From NCBI GenBank assembly GCA_964362315.1, contig CAYIDV010000001.1, positions 9,263-49,970 of the forward strand: a stretch of DNA of 40,708 nucleotides. The letters run 5' to 3'. Made by a program: the position numbers and the translations under genes. Below the pieces are notes generated by a model. The model had not been told where the DNA came from. It ran no database searches and saw only the letters and a program-made list of their open reading frames with translations. This DNA comes from an uncultured Candidatus Saccharibacteria bacterium (lineage in GTDB: Bacteria; Patescibacteriota; Minisyncoccia; Minisyncoccales; Staskawiczbacteraceae). Below, piece after piece: positions 7,122 through 16,055 of this stretch. Within the stretch, counting starts at the first letter, position 1. Each line of letters opens with the position of its first letter.

Positions 7122-7997
7122 CTATAATTTTTGGCATTGGGGACAGAAAAAGGCACTTCTGCCGCCGAATTTCAATCTTTTAATTATTGTTTTGCAACGA
7201 AAACATTTTTGCCCTTCTCTTTTATAAGCTTTTCTTTCATCGTCAAAATTGCCTTTTTTGCCTTCAACATTTCTATAATCAGAAAAACTTTCTCCGCCCA
7301 ACTCAATTCCTTTATGTAAAACCCTTTTTATGGATTGATAAAGTAAATTTAATTCTTTTTGGGTTAATTTTGAAGTTTCTTTTTGAGGATGAATTTTTGC
7401 CCACCATAAAGCTTCACTGGCATAAATGTTGCCAACTCCGGAAATTACTTCTTGGTTCATTATCACTTGCTTTATTTTTCCTTTTTTATTTTTCAATCTT
7501 TTCTTGAACTTTTCCAATGTAAAACCTTTTTCCAACGGCTCTGGCCCTAAATTTTTAAATTCTTTTAAATTTAATAAATCCTTTGTCTTCCATAGCTCCA
7601 CTTTGGCAAATTTTCTCAAGTCAGACAAGGCAATCTGTTGCCCGTTATCCAAAAAAAACATTATGTGTATGAATAAATTTATTTTTTCATCTAAGGGACC
7701 TCTTTTTACTGGTTTCCAACTTCCAGCTTCCAACTTCCAGTTTCCCACCAAGAGATGCCCCGTCATTTTTTGGTGAACCAAAAGAGAATAGCCGTCAGAT
7801 AAATCAAAAATAATATTTTTTGCCCGGCGCCAGACTTTTTTTATTTCTTTGCCTTTTAATTCTTTTTTAAAAATTTTAAAATCCTTTGGTTTTTTAATTG
7901 TCTTTACCCAATCTGACCAGACATCAACAAAGGTCCTTTTGAGGACCTTTGTATTTAAACCGTTTACCGTCGTCTCTACCTCGGGAAGTTCGGGCAT
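7122..7997 (-). CDS. mutM: Formamidopyrimidine-DNA glycosylase
   Basis: The 291-aa product has the N-terminus MPELPEVE and a C-terminal zinc finger, CFRCKTIIKRLKFGGRSAFFCPQCQ. Confidence 0.93.
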   Translation of the reverse strand: MPELPEVETTVNGLNTKVLKRTFVDVWSDWVKTIKKPKDFKIFKKELKGKEIKKVWRRAKNIIFDLSDGYSLLVHQKMTGHLLVGNWKLEAGSWKPVKRGPLDEKINLFIHIMFFLDNGQQIALSDLRKFAKVELWKTKDLLNLKEFKNLGPEPLEKGFTLEKFKKRLKNKKGKIKQVIMNQEVISGVGNIYASEALWWAKIHPQKETSKLTQKELNLLYQSIKRVLHKGIELGGESFSDYRNVEGKKGNFDDERKAYKREGQKCFRCKTIIKRLKFGGRSAFFCPQCQKL

Positions 7998-8001
7998 AAT
8001 A

Positions 8002-8541
8002 TTAAACCTTCTTTTTTTTGGGGCTCTTTTTACTTACCTGACTTTTTAAGTTTAAAATTTCTTTGTCTTTATTTTTTAATTGCCCCTGCAAAACTTCTAA
8101 TTCTCCGGCTACCTTTTCAAGCTCTATTGTCCTGTTTTTTACTTTTTGTTCCAAAACATTAATTATTTCTTCCAATGCTTTAGTTCTCAATTGGATATTT
8201 TTATCAAGACTATCAATTTTACTTTTATTTTCCTCAAATTCTTCGGCTATTTTATTAAAAGTTTTAGCCAGTTGCCCCAACTCGTCTTTGGTTTCCAAGT
8301 TAAATCTGCTGTCTAAGTTTCCTTTGCTTAAGTAATCGGCCTCTTTTAATAATTTTTTAACAGGAAAAGCCAGTCTCTGGCCAACGGCAAAACCAAATAA
8401 AAACAGAAAGGCGGTAAGAGGTATAAGGATAATATAAAAATTGGGACCTAAAAGTTCGTAGTATATTGAGACAAATACCACAATAATAAAGAGTCCGGTG
8501 AGAATAATGGGATAGGCTACTTTTGAAGAAACGCTGGGCAT
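8002..8541 (-). CDS. Membrane-anchored HAMP-domain / coiled-coil protein
   Basis: The 179-aa product has two N-terminal hydrophobic helices, then a HAMP-like segment (PVKKLLKEADYLSKGNLDSRFNLETKDELGQLAKTFNKIAEEF), then coiled coil. Confidence 0.6.
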   Translation of the reverse strand: MPSVSSKVAYPIILTGLFIIVVFVSIYYELLGPNFYIILIPLTAFLFLFGFAVGQRLAFPVKKLLKEADYLSKGNLDSRFNLETKDELGQLAKTFNKIAEEFEENKSKIDSLDKNIQLRTKALEEIINVLEQKVKNRTIELEKVAGELEVLQGQLKNKDKEILNLKSQVSKKSPKKKKV

Positions 8542-8563
8542 GTATTTATCATATCAAATGTAA

Positions 8564-9448
8564 CTAAAAAACAATAGTGGATAATCTGTCAACAAGGCTA
8601 TTGAATCCTAATTGATAAAAGACGTTTTTTACTTTCTGCTGGTCAAAATTTCCAAACTTGCATAACTCCAAATCAAAATCTAAGGGAACGTCTTTTTTAG
8701 TTTGGACCAATTGCAAGGACAAAAAAGCGCTTTGTTTATTGTTTTTCAACGCCTCTTTGATTTTCGGCTTTAAAACAGCCGTGTCGGTTGCCAGTTCTGA
8801 GTAAAGGTTTTCAATTCTGCCGAATTTTTGGATTAATTCGGCCGCCGTTTTTTTTCCAATTCCTGGAACACCGGGCACATTGTCTGAAGCGTCTCCGGTC
8901 AGAGCCTTAAAATCGTTCATTTGTGAAGGTTTTACGCCGAATCTTTCCAAAACTTTTTCTTCATCATATAAAACACTGTCTTTTATGCCTTTACCTAAGG
9001 TATATACTTTTATTTTTTCATCAACAAGCTGAAGATTATCCAAATCTCCGCTTAAAATAAAAACTTCTGCCTCGCCTTTAACTTTGTTGGCGATAGTAGC
9101 AATCAAATCATCGGCTTCAAAACCGTCTTTTTCAAAAATAGGCACCTTAAATGATTCTAAAACTTCTTTCATTATTGGTATTTGAGAAACTATTCCTTCT
9201 GGCGTTTGGGGCCTGTGTATTTTATATTCTTTAAACTCTTGGTGACGAAAAGTCGGCTTTTCGGTATCAAAACAAGCAACAATGTAGTTTGCTTTTAAGT
9301 CTTTTATCGCCTTGAATAGAGTTAATAAAAAACCATATACTGCGCCCGTCGGCTGCCCCTTTTTATTTGTCAGCGGCGGCAAAGCATGAAAAGCCCTATA
9401 TAGTAAAGAATGACAGTCTATGATAATAAGTCTCTTATCTGTGGCCAT
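8564..9448 (-). CDS. Stand-alone 5'-3' exonuclease (Pol I N-terminal domain / FEN-like)
   Basis: The 294-aa product begins LIIIDCHSLLYRAFHALPPL. It also carries GFEADD, LSGDLD, and the H3TH motif LTGDASDNVPGVPGIGKKTA. Confidence 0.9.
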   Translation of the reverse strand: MATDKRLIIIDCHSLLYRAFHALPPLTNKKGQPTGAVYGFLLTLFKAIKDLKANYIVACFDTEKPTFRHQEFKEYKIHRPQTPEGIVSQIPIMKEVLESFKVPIFEKDGFEADDLIATIANKVKGEAEVFILSGDLDNLQLVDEKIKVYTLGKGIKDSVLYDEEKVLERFGVKPSQMNDFKALTGDASDNVPGVPGIGKKTAAELIQKFGRIENLYSELATDTAVLKPKIKEALKNNKQSAFLSLQLVQTKKDVPLDFDLELCKFGNFDQQKVKNVFYQLGFNSLVDRLSTIVF

Positions 9449-9480
9449 AAAAATAATACGAATTTTCTATTTTTTAAAAT

Positions 9481-9515
9481 TTCCAATTCCTAATTCCTAA
9501 TTTCTAATTTCTAAA
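9481..9515. repeat. Tandem array of five heptamers (TTCCAAT TCCTAAT TCCTAAT TTCTAAT TTCTAAA)
   Basis: This was read directly from the sequence. It lies 33 nt upstream of the exonuclease start codon. Confidence 0.85.
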
Positions 9516-9569
9516 AAAATCCGTATTCTAAAAACCAAAAATTAAGTTATTTTATCACTTTTGGAAATA

Positions 9570-9597
9570 AAAAAAAGCCGCTATTTTCTTGCGGCCT
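9570..9597 (-). terminator. Rho-independent terminator of the HTH gene
   Basis: The minus strand reads GGCCGC-AAGAAAATA-GCGGC followed by TTTTTTTT. Confidence 0.65.
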
Positions 9598-9604
9598 AAT
9601 GGGA

Positions 9605-9964
9605 CTATTTCTTTTTCTCAACCAATTCTAAGGAATCGTAGGCAATGACTGCTTTAGCGATTCTTTGGCGAACTTCTAAAGGAAGTTGTAACAACTGATA
9701 AAAAACATCTATTCCTTGCAGTTTGTTAAAATTACTTTTTAGACCAATCAAATCTTTAAGTTGTTCTTCCTCAGAATTATTAAGCTGGTATCCCTTTGTC
9801 ACCTTTTCCAAATTGATATTTGAAACGTTCCTGGTGGATGTTTCAAGGTGCGATATTTGAGATTTAGTTACACCCATTCTCTCTGCAACCTCCTGTTGGA
9901 TTTCTCTCTTTTTATCCCTCACTCCTCTCAGAAACTTCCCGACCGGACTACGCTCTCTCTTCAT
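9605..9964 (-). CDS. XRE-family helix-turn-helix transcriptional regulator
   Basis: The HTH is REIQQEVAERMGVTKSQISHLETSTRNVS. I moved the start to the ATG at 9964 (MKRERS...) because GGAGG precedes it. The ORF-track start is 9994. Confidence 0.7.
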   Translation of the reverse strand: MKRERSPVGKFLRGVRDKKREIQQEVAERMGVTKSQISHLETSTRNVSNINLEKVTKGYQLNNSEEEQLKDLIGLKSNFNKLQGIDVFYQLLQLPLEVRQRIAKAVIAYDSLELVEKKK

Positions 9965-10033
9965 AGTAACCTCCAAAAGAAAAGGTGTTGTCATTGTGTT
10001 GTCCCTTAGATGAACTATTAAAAGTCTATTACT

Positions 10034-10594
10034 TTATATGCTGATTGTCAATTCTCTTTTGTCTTCTTTAAAATGTTTGAATTTTATTGAAATTATACTT
10101 TTAGGTAATATTTTAGAAACTTTTTCAGGCCATTCAACGGCTACGATATTTTGAGGATTTGAAATTACTTTTTCAAAACCCAACATTTCTAAATTCTTTT
10201 CATCCTTTAATCTATAACAATCTATATGGTAAAACCATTTATACCACAAAACCTGTGATCGCAGGTTTTGTGGCATATTACTTTTTGGGGGGATTTGGAA
10301 TTTTTTCATAAGTATGAAAGTGGGGCTCAATATTTTTTCTTTAATTCCCAGGCCCATAGCAAATCCTTGTAAAAAAGTAGTTTTGCCAGCCCCCAAGTCT
10401 CCTTCTAAGCCCAAAACCAGCGCGGATTTACCGGGTTTTTTCCGTAAAATTTGCTTAGCAAATTTTACGGCGACTCTCTTTGTCTCTTTTTGGCTGTTAG
10501 TAATAATTTTTTCCGAGGGCGAAGATTTGACTTTAATATGTAAATAGATTAGTTTGAAATAAATATCATGGAAGAAGCAAATCAAACAAAACAA
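10034..10594 (-). CDS. tsaE: tRNA threonylcarbamoyladenosine biosynthesis ATPase TsaE
   Basis: The product contains LEGDLGAGKTTFLQGFAMGLGI, SPTFILMK, YHIDCYRL and VEWPE. The true start is uncertain, because the ATG at 10594 overlaps the divergent gene by 27 nt. Confidence 0.85.
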   Translation of the reverse strand: MFCLICFFHDIYFKLIYLHIKVKSSPSEKIITNSQKETKRVAVKFAKQILRKKPGKSALVLGLEGDLGAGKTTFLQGFAMGLGIKEKILSPTFILMKKFQIPPKSNMPQNLRSQVLWYKWFYHIDCYRLKDEKNLEMLGFEKVISNPQNIVAVEWPEKVSKILPKSIISIKFKHFKEDKRELTISI

Positions 10595-11653
10595 TTAATC
10601 TTGGACGCAAAAAATATTTGCTTAATTCCTTTAGAAAGCGAGCCAGAAAGCTTAACAAGCTGCTTGGCTCTTTTTTATACTTTAAAAGAATTGGGCAAAA
10701 ATGCAAATTTAATTATTGAAAACTTCCCAGAAAAGCTTAACTTTTTGATTCCTTCGTTGGGTTTTATATCTTCTCCTAAAAATTTTGTGATTTCTATCCC
10801 CAAAGATACTGCTGATGTCTCGCAGATATATTATGAAAAAAACGATGACAATTTAAAAATACATTTAACGGTAAATAAGGGCAAAATTAAGAAAGAAAAT
10901 GTTAATTTTTACTTCCAAGAGCCAAAACCAGACCTGATAATAACACTGGGGGTAAAAGATTTTAAAAAACATTTGGAAAATAAACTGGATTCCTTTGGAT
11001 TTCTTTTGGACGCTCCCATAATAAACATAGACAATAACCAAGACAACATAAAATTTGGAAAAATAAATTTAGTCCAAGAAAAATCAATTTCTCAAATAAC
11101 TTTGAACCTCATAAAATCCGTTGACGATAACTTGATTAAAAAAAGCGTGGCTAATTGTCTTTTGGCAGGGCTAACTCTTTACTACGAGGACTTTAAAAGC
11201 AAAAAAACAACGCCGGAAATTTTTGAAATGGCAGCTGATCTAATAAAAAAGGGTGCCGAACACCAACAAATAGTTGAAGGCCTGAATCAAACCAGCGAAA
11301 AAGAAAGTGACTTTTTGAGAGAAATTTTAAAACAATCAAAAACCGGAGATGAGCTTTCTGTTGCTGTTTTAGATTCTGACCAATTTGAAAATTTTGGTGA
11401 AACTCAAGCGCAAGTGGCAATGGAGAAATTAAAAGTAATTGGCATTAAAAATGACTTTCTGGTGCTGTGGCCAAGCCACGCTTCAGAACCTGTGGTCAAA
11501 GGTTTATTTTATTCAAAAAAACCAGACTTACTAAGTAAAATTGCCAAAAACCATCAAGTCATTCTTAAAAAAGACGGGTTATTTTTATCAATACCTGAAT
11601 CAGATGTTAATTTAGCCAAAGAAAAAATTATAAAAACTATAATCAACGAATAA
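10568..11653 (+). CDS. DHH-family phosphoesterase-like protein with degenerate catalytic motifs
   Basis: At 361 aa the overall layout resembles NrnA/DHH proteins. The DHH and GGGH motifs are not recognisable, and the site normally holding DHH-type residues reads LESEPESLTS. Confidence 0.4.
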   Translation: MEEANQTKQLILDAKNICLIPLESEPESLTSCLALFYTLKELGKNANLIIENFPEKLNFLIPSLGFISSPKNFVISIPKDTADVSQIYYEKNDDNLKIHLTVNKGKIKKENVNFYFQEPKPDLIITLGVKDFKKHLENKLDSFGFLLDAPIINIDNNQDNIKFGKINLVQEKSISQITLNLIKSVDDNLIKKSVANCLLAGLTLYYEDFKSKKTTPEIFEMAADLIKKGAEHQQIVEGLNQTSEKESDFLREILKQSKTGDELSVAVLDSDQFENFGETQAQVAMEKLKVIGIKNDFLVLWPSHASEPVVKGLFYSKKPDLLSKIAKNHQVILKKDGLFLSIPESDVNLAKEKIIKTIINE

Positions 11654-11702
11654 CTAATCTATACTAATTTACCAGTAGCGATTAGTAAATTTGTTGTAAA
11701 CT

Positions 11703-13022
11703 GTGACAGAAACAGCAGAAAAAGTACTAGGCAAAGTAACCATCAGCCAAGAAATTGTTAAAGACATTAAAAAAAATGTCAGCAACATTACTGGCTTTGA
11801 AAAAAAGATTAGAGACTATAGCAGGCAAGACACAACTGATTTTTTGAGCGCCATTTTATTTGGCGCCATTAACCTTGAGTCATCTGACGTTCACATTGAA
11901 CCCCAAGAAGACAGGGTAAGATTAAGAATAAGGATTGATGGCATCTTGCGCGACGTTATTTTTTTTGAAGAAAGCACTTATAACTCATTGCTTTCAAGGC
12001 TTAAGCTGCTATCTAATATTAAATTAAACATCTCAGAAAAGCCCCAGGACGGTAGGTTTACCATTGTTGTAGAAGATTTATTTATTGAAATAAGAACTTC
12101 CAGTTTGCCGTCTGAAAAAGGCGAATCCATTGTCATGAGGGTGTTAAACCCTAAAAATTTAATGGCCCTTGACACCCTGGGGTTAAGAAATGATGTGTAC
12201 GCCTTGTTAGAAAAAGAACTGGCAAAGCCCAATGGCATGATTGCGGTTGCCGGTCCCACTGGCTCTGGAAAAACCACCACCCTTTATGCTTTTTTAATGA
12301 AGATACAAAATCCGGGCATTAAAATTATTACCATTGAAGACCCGATTGAATATCATTTAACCGGAGTTTCCCAAACTCAGGTGGCTCCTGAAAAAGGATA
12401 CGACTTTTCAGAAGGACTGGCTTCTATTGTCCGCCAGGACCCAGATGTTATTTTAGTTGGTGAAATCAGGGATTCAAAAACCGCTAAAATAGCTCTGCAG
12501 GCGGCCTTAACTGGCCATTTAGTGCTTACCACCATTCATACCAACGATGCTGCAGGCACCATCCCCAGATTGGTTGATTTGGGGGCCAGTGTTTCATCCA
12601 TCGCTCCTGCTTTAAAAATGATTGTCGGCGAGAGGTTAATTAGAAAAGTATGCCAAGAGTGTTCAGTATTTGCCAAGCCCTCCCCAAAAGAACTTTTGGA
12701 GATAAAAAAAGGGTTAAAAAACGTTTCCAGCCAAACAAGCATCCCCAAAGACTTAGATAAAATAAAAATCGCCAGAGTAAAAGAAAAAATGTGCAAAACC
12801 TGCAGTTTTACCGGCTACAAAGGAAGAAAAGGGTTATTTGAAGTAATGATTGTTGACCCAAAAATGGAAAAATTTATTCTAACCAATCCGCCGGTGTCTG
12901 CCATAAAAAAAATGGCTGTCAAAAATGGGATGATTACCATGTACCAATCGGGTTTAATTGAAGTAGTATCGGGCCAAACCACCTTAGATGAGGTTAAAAG
13001 GGTAATTGAGGCAGATGAATAA
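11703..13022 (+). CDS. Type II/IV secretion / type IV pilus assembly ATPase (GspE/PilB family)
   Basis: It uses a GTG start and encodes 439 aa. Motifs are the Walker A GPTGSGKTTT, the Walker B region ILVGEIRD, the His box TGHLVLTTIHTN, and a tetracysteine motif (CQEC...CKTC). Confidence 0.9.
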   Translation: MTETAEKVLGKVTISQEIVKDIKKNVSNITGFEKKIRDYSRQDTTDFLSAILFGAINLESSDVHIEPQEDRVRLRIRIDGILRDVIFFEESTYNSLLSRLKLLSNIKLNISEKPQDGRFTIVVEDLFIEIRTSSLPSEKGESIVMRVLNPKNLMALDTLGLRNDVYALLEKELAKPNGMIAVAGPTGSGKTTTLYAFLMKIQNPGIKIITIEDPIEYHLTGVSQTQVAPEKGYDFSEGLASIVRQDPDVILVGEIRDSKTAKIALQAALTGHLVLTTIHTNDAAGTIPRLVDLGASVSSIAPALKMIVGERLIRKVCQECSVFAKPSPKELLEIKKGLKNVSSQTSIPKDLDKIKIARVKEKMCKTCSFTGYKGRKGLFEVMIVDPKMEKFILTNPPVSAIKKMAVKNGMITMYQSGLIEVVSGQTTLDEVKRVIEADE

Positions 13023-13047
13023 CCCCACAACAAAGTTTGATGTGGGG
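13023..13047 (+). terminator. Hairpin directly after the ATPase stop codon
   Basis: CCCCACA-ACAAAGTTTGA-TGTGGGG has no clear T-run, so terminator function is uncertain. Confidence 0.35.
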
Positions 13048-13053
13048 ATAAGC

Positions 13054-13188
13054 AAAACAACCCTGAAGTTGGAGGCGCATTATGTCTGGGACATAAGTAA
13101 AGATTTGTCTGAGGAATAATCGAGCCAAAGCAAGATTACCCGAAACTGAGATAAATCCATATAAAGCCTCCAACTTCAGGGTTGTTTT
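13054..13188. mobile_element. 135-bp MITE-like element or structured RNA with perfect 23-nt terminal inverted repeats
   Basis: AAAACAACCCTGAAGTTGGAGGC (13054-13076) is the exact reverse complement of 13166-13188. Internal hairpins are present and there is no ORF. Confidence 0.5.
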
Positions 13189-13312
13189 AACAAATTATAT
13201 TGCGAGGTCCGACCCCGCAATAATCTAAAATGGTGTTTTCCATCTAAATTAGCCATTTAGATGGAAAATGAATCCATATTTTAATTATAGCACCATATAG
13301 TTTATGTGTCAA

Positions 13313-13586
13313 CCCTTTCACCAATTTTACGATGATTAACAAAGCGAAGTGCGAGTTGTTCACCCCGCACCAATTTCGTAGATGAACTTAGTAATACTAC
13401 CAATTACAGGCGAAGCCGCTTCGCTCTTGAGAGTGGTACTTCTAAATACATAATACATAGCTGAAATTGGTGCAGGGGCAAGTAGCAACATTCCTTACAT
13501 GGGTAGAGCCACTTCGCCCAACAAGGGATGCACCTATTCGGTGCACGCACTGCGCTTGGTAATTTGGTGGTAAAATTGGTGATGGG
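13313..13586. ncRNA. Candidate structured non-coding RNA or motif array of unknown class
   Basis: There are three nested hand-checked helices: 13318-13330/13570-13582 (13 bp), 13342-13353/13546-13557 (11 of 12), and 13363-13377/13463-13478 (15 bp plus a bulge). There are also local hairpins. The region is visibly more GC-rich than its surroundings and has no ORF of 60 aa or more. Confidence 0.3.
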
Positions 13587-13610
13587 TCAAGCGTCTAGAG
13601 TCTTTAAGAA

Positions 13611-14621
13611 ATGAACACTATATTATCAAAAAAATCAGGTGAAAGAGATGAAATTTTAGATTCTTCTTTAAGGCCTAAAAATTGGTCAGATTATGTTGGT
13701 CAGGAAAAAATTAAGGAGAATATAAGAATAATTATTACCGCGGCAAAACAAAGAGGCCAATCCCCTGACCATTTATTGTTGTACGGAAACTCGGGACTGG
13801 GCAAAACTACACTGGCTCATTTAGTGGCTTTGGAAATGGGAAAGCAAATAAGAATAACCTCGGGACCGGCTATTGAAAGAGCTGGAGATTTGGCGGCAAT
13901 TTTAACTAATTTATCAGAAGGTGACATCTTATTCTTAGACGAAATACACAGAATCCACAAAACCGTTGAAGAATATATTTATCCGGCTATGGAAGAATAC
14001 AAATTAAATCTGATTTTGGGCAAGGGCCCGATGGCCAGGACCATGGAGCTAAAACTGCCCCATTTTACATTAGTTGGAGCCACTACCAGACCAGGGCTAT
14101 TGTCAGCTCCCCTAAGAAACCGTTTTGGCGCCACATTCGGACTTAATTTTTATAAAGCCCAAGATATTGAAAAAATCGTAGAAAGATCGGCTAATATTTT
14201 AAAAATACCAATTGATTTAGAAGCCATAAAAATAATAGCTCAAAGGTCTCGTTTTACTCCAAGAGTGGCTAATCGGCTTTTAAAAAGAATTCGCGACTTT
14301 GCCCAGGTAAAAAACATAGGTAAAATAAACAAAGAAATCGCTGAGCATGCCCTGCAATCTTTGGATGTTGATCAAATGGGGCTTGAGCCGGGCGATAGAA
14401 AAATTTTACTCACCCTTATAGAAAAATTTGGCGGCGGGCCAGTCGGCTTGCAGTCTTTAGCGGCGGCTGCCTTAGAAGAAGAAGATACTATTTTAGATAT
14501 CTATGAGCCCTATTTAATGCAATGCGGGTTTATTGAAAGGACTCCCAAGGGTAGAGTTGCCTCAAGGCTGGCTTACGAGCACTTGAGATTAAAGCAAGAC
14601 AGGCAACACAACTTAATTTAA
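13611..14621 (+). CDS. ruvB: Holliday junction DNA helicase RuvB
   Basis: The 336-aa product contains [13 protein letters not shown], the Walker [12 protein letters not shown], the Walker B LFLDEIHR, and a sensor region. Confidence 0.97.
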   Translation: MNTILSKKSGERDEILDSSLRPKNWSDYVGQEKIKENIRIIITAAKQRGQSPDHLLLYGNSGLGKTTLAHLVALEMGKQIRITSGPAIERAGDLAAILTNLSEGDILFLDEIHRIHKTVEEYIYPAMEEYKLNLILGKGPMARTMELKLPHFTLVGATTRPGLLSAPLRNRFGATFGLNFYKAQDIEKIVERSANILKIPIDLEAIKIIAQRSRFTPRVANRLLKRIRDFAQVKNIGKINKEIAEHALQSLDVDQMGLEPGDRKILLTLIEKFGGGPVGLQSLAAAALEEEDTILDIYEPYLMQCGFIERTPKGRVASRLAYEHLRLKQDRQHNLI

Positions 14622-14715
14622 CAAGGAAGACTTACCTTTTTAAATAACGCATCAAATTAGAAACCTACTGGCTCTTTTAAAAAACAAATAAATCTACGGG
14701 AAAGGAGGCAATCAC

Positions 14716-15009
14716 ATGATAAGGATTTGCGACAAATGCAAAGACGACAGGGGATTGGTATTGGTTCATAAAAACCGGAAGTCCGGTAAGTTAATTTGTC
14801 GTAACTGTTACCACATGGCTCGTTATCACGATACTTCTATTTACGAAAAGTGTGTTCGGTGTAGAAAATTCAAGTACGTACATGTAAGAACAGCTACTGG
14901 GAAACCGATTTGCCCAAGCTGCTACAAAAAACTACGGGAACTATTTTTACGCTTGACCCTCGTTGTGGTTGTTTTAAATGAAAATAGTTCCCAAAAACAA
15001 CTTGTCTAG
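14716..15009 (+). CDS. Small double zinc-ribbon protein
   Basis: AAGGAGG lies 7 nt upstream of the ATG. There are two C-x2-C ... C-x2-CY modules (CDKC...CRNCY and CVRC...CPSCY). The module resembles the repeats in the partial gene at 40431-40708. Confidence 0.6.
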   Translation: MIRICDKCKDDRGLVLVHKNRKSGKLICRNCYHMARYHDTSIYEKCVRCRKFKYVHVRTATGKPICPSCYKKLRELFLRLTLVVVVLNENSSQKQLV

Positions 15010-15092
15010 ATTATGCCTTATTTAATATCTTGGTATCTTGGTGATTTTAAATAGGGCTTTTTTGTTTAATATTTTTTGATACAATAAAGACA

Positions 15093-16052
15093 ATGAAAAA
15101 AAATTTATTTATACTTTTTGTCTTTTTATTTTTGCCGGCTTTTGTTTTAACCCAAGGAAATATTGAAATTAACACCGCCTCATTGGCTCAGTTAGATGAG
15201 TTGGTGGGAATTGGGCCGGTGCTGGCACAAAGAATAGTAGATGCCAGGCCATTTTCATCGGTTGACGACCTATTGAGAGTAAAAGGTATTGGGGAAAAAA
15301 CTTTACAAAAAATAAAAGACCAGGGTTTGGCTTATGTTTCAGGGGGAACAAAACCTCCAACTCAATTAGAAAATCAGGCCCAAAATACAAATCCTGATAA
15401 TAACCAGATTTCCAGTACTCAAAACCCAACACCCATAACTTATCCTGATGGTGTTTTTATAAATGAAGTTATGCCTGCTCCCGATGGACCCGACGAGCTT
15501 AACGAATGGTTTGAGTTACAAAATAGCAATAATTTTGATGTTGACTTATCTGGTTGGAAAATAAAAGATATTGAAGGAATAACAACAACCTACCTTTTGC
15601 CGCAAAACCAGAAAATATTAGCTGGCGCCTATTTAGTTTTAAAAAAACCAGATACAAGAATTACCCTCAATAACGACAAAGATGGGCTTAATTTAATTCA
15701 ACCCAGTGAAAAAATTGCTGATTCTGTATCTTTTCAAAAAGCTTTGAGGAATCAATCATATAATAAAACCGACGCGGGCTGGCAATGGAGTAGTACTCTA
15801 ACGCCTGGCGGTAAAAATAACATTGCCCAAGCTTTAGCAGAGGAAAAAACATTGCCAGAAACCCCAAAAACTGCTAACACAAGTAATAAAGTTTTAACGG
15901 CGGCGGTAACTAATCCCTCTAAAGTTCAGGAGGAAAAATTAAACCAAATAGATAATCAATTAGATCCTTTGATTATTTTTTGGGTGGCCTTAGGTCTCAC
16001 TTTGGTTTCGGGTGGAGTAATTTTGTTTTTAAGGTTTAAAAGAACACAGTGA
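15093..16052 (+). CDS. ComEA-like helix-hairpin-helix DNA-binding protein fused to a lamin-tail-like domain, with a C-terminal membrane anchor
   Basis: It has a signal peptide. The HhH pair is INTASLAQLDELVGIGPVLAQRIV...LLRVKGIGEKTLQKI. VFINEVMPAPDG...EWFELQN...LSGWKIKD is typical of an LTD. The C-terminal hydrophobic helix is followed by RFKR. Confidence 0.75.
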   Translation: MKKNLFILFVFLFLPAFVLTQGNIEINTASLAQLDELVGIGPVLAQRIVDARPFSSVDDLLRVKGIGEKTLQKIKDQGLAYVSGGTKPPTQLENQAQNTNPDNNQISSTQNPTPITYPDGVFINEVMPAPDGPDELNEWFELQNSNNFDVDLSGWKIKDIEGITTTYLLPQNQKILAGAYLVLKKPDTRITLNNDKDGLNLIQPSEKIADSVSFQKALRNQSYNKTDAGWQWSSTLTPGGKNNIAQALAEEKTLPETPKTANTSNKVLTAAVTNPSKVQEEKLNQIDNQLDPLIIFWVALGLTLVSGGVILFLRFKRTQ

Positions 16053-16055
16053 GTT

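Noticed and set aside
10568-10594. A 27-nt head-to-head overlap of tsaE and the DHH-like gene as a regulatory arrangement
   Set aside because: It is more likely an artefact of choosing the longest ORF for tsaE. The conserved TsaE core starts about 30 residues before the P-loop, so a downstream non-ATG start would remove the overlap. This cannot be resolved by eye.
13313-13586. RNase P RNA, tmRNA, SRP RNA, 6S RNA or a riboswitch as the identity of the structured region
   Set aside because: I could not find the conserved cores on either strand: the GGAAAGUCC-type P4 strand of RNase P, the tRNA-like ends and tag frame of tmRNA, or the SRP domain IV motif. It is left as an unknown rather than assigned. 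A covariance-model scan is needed.
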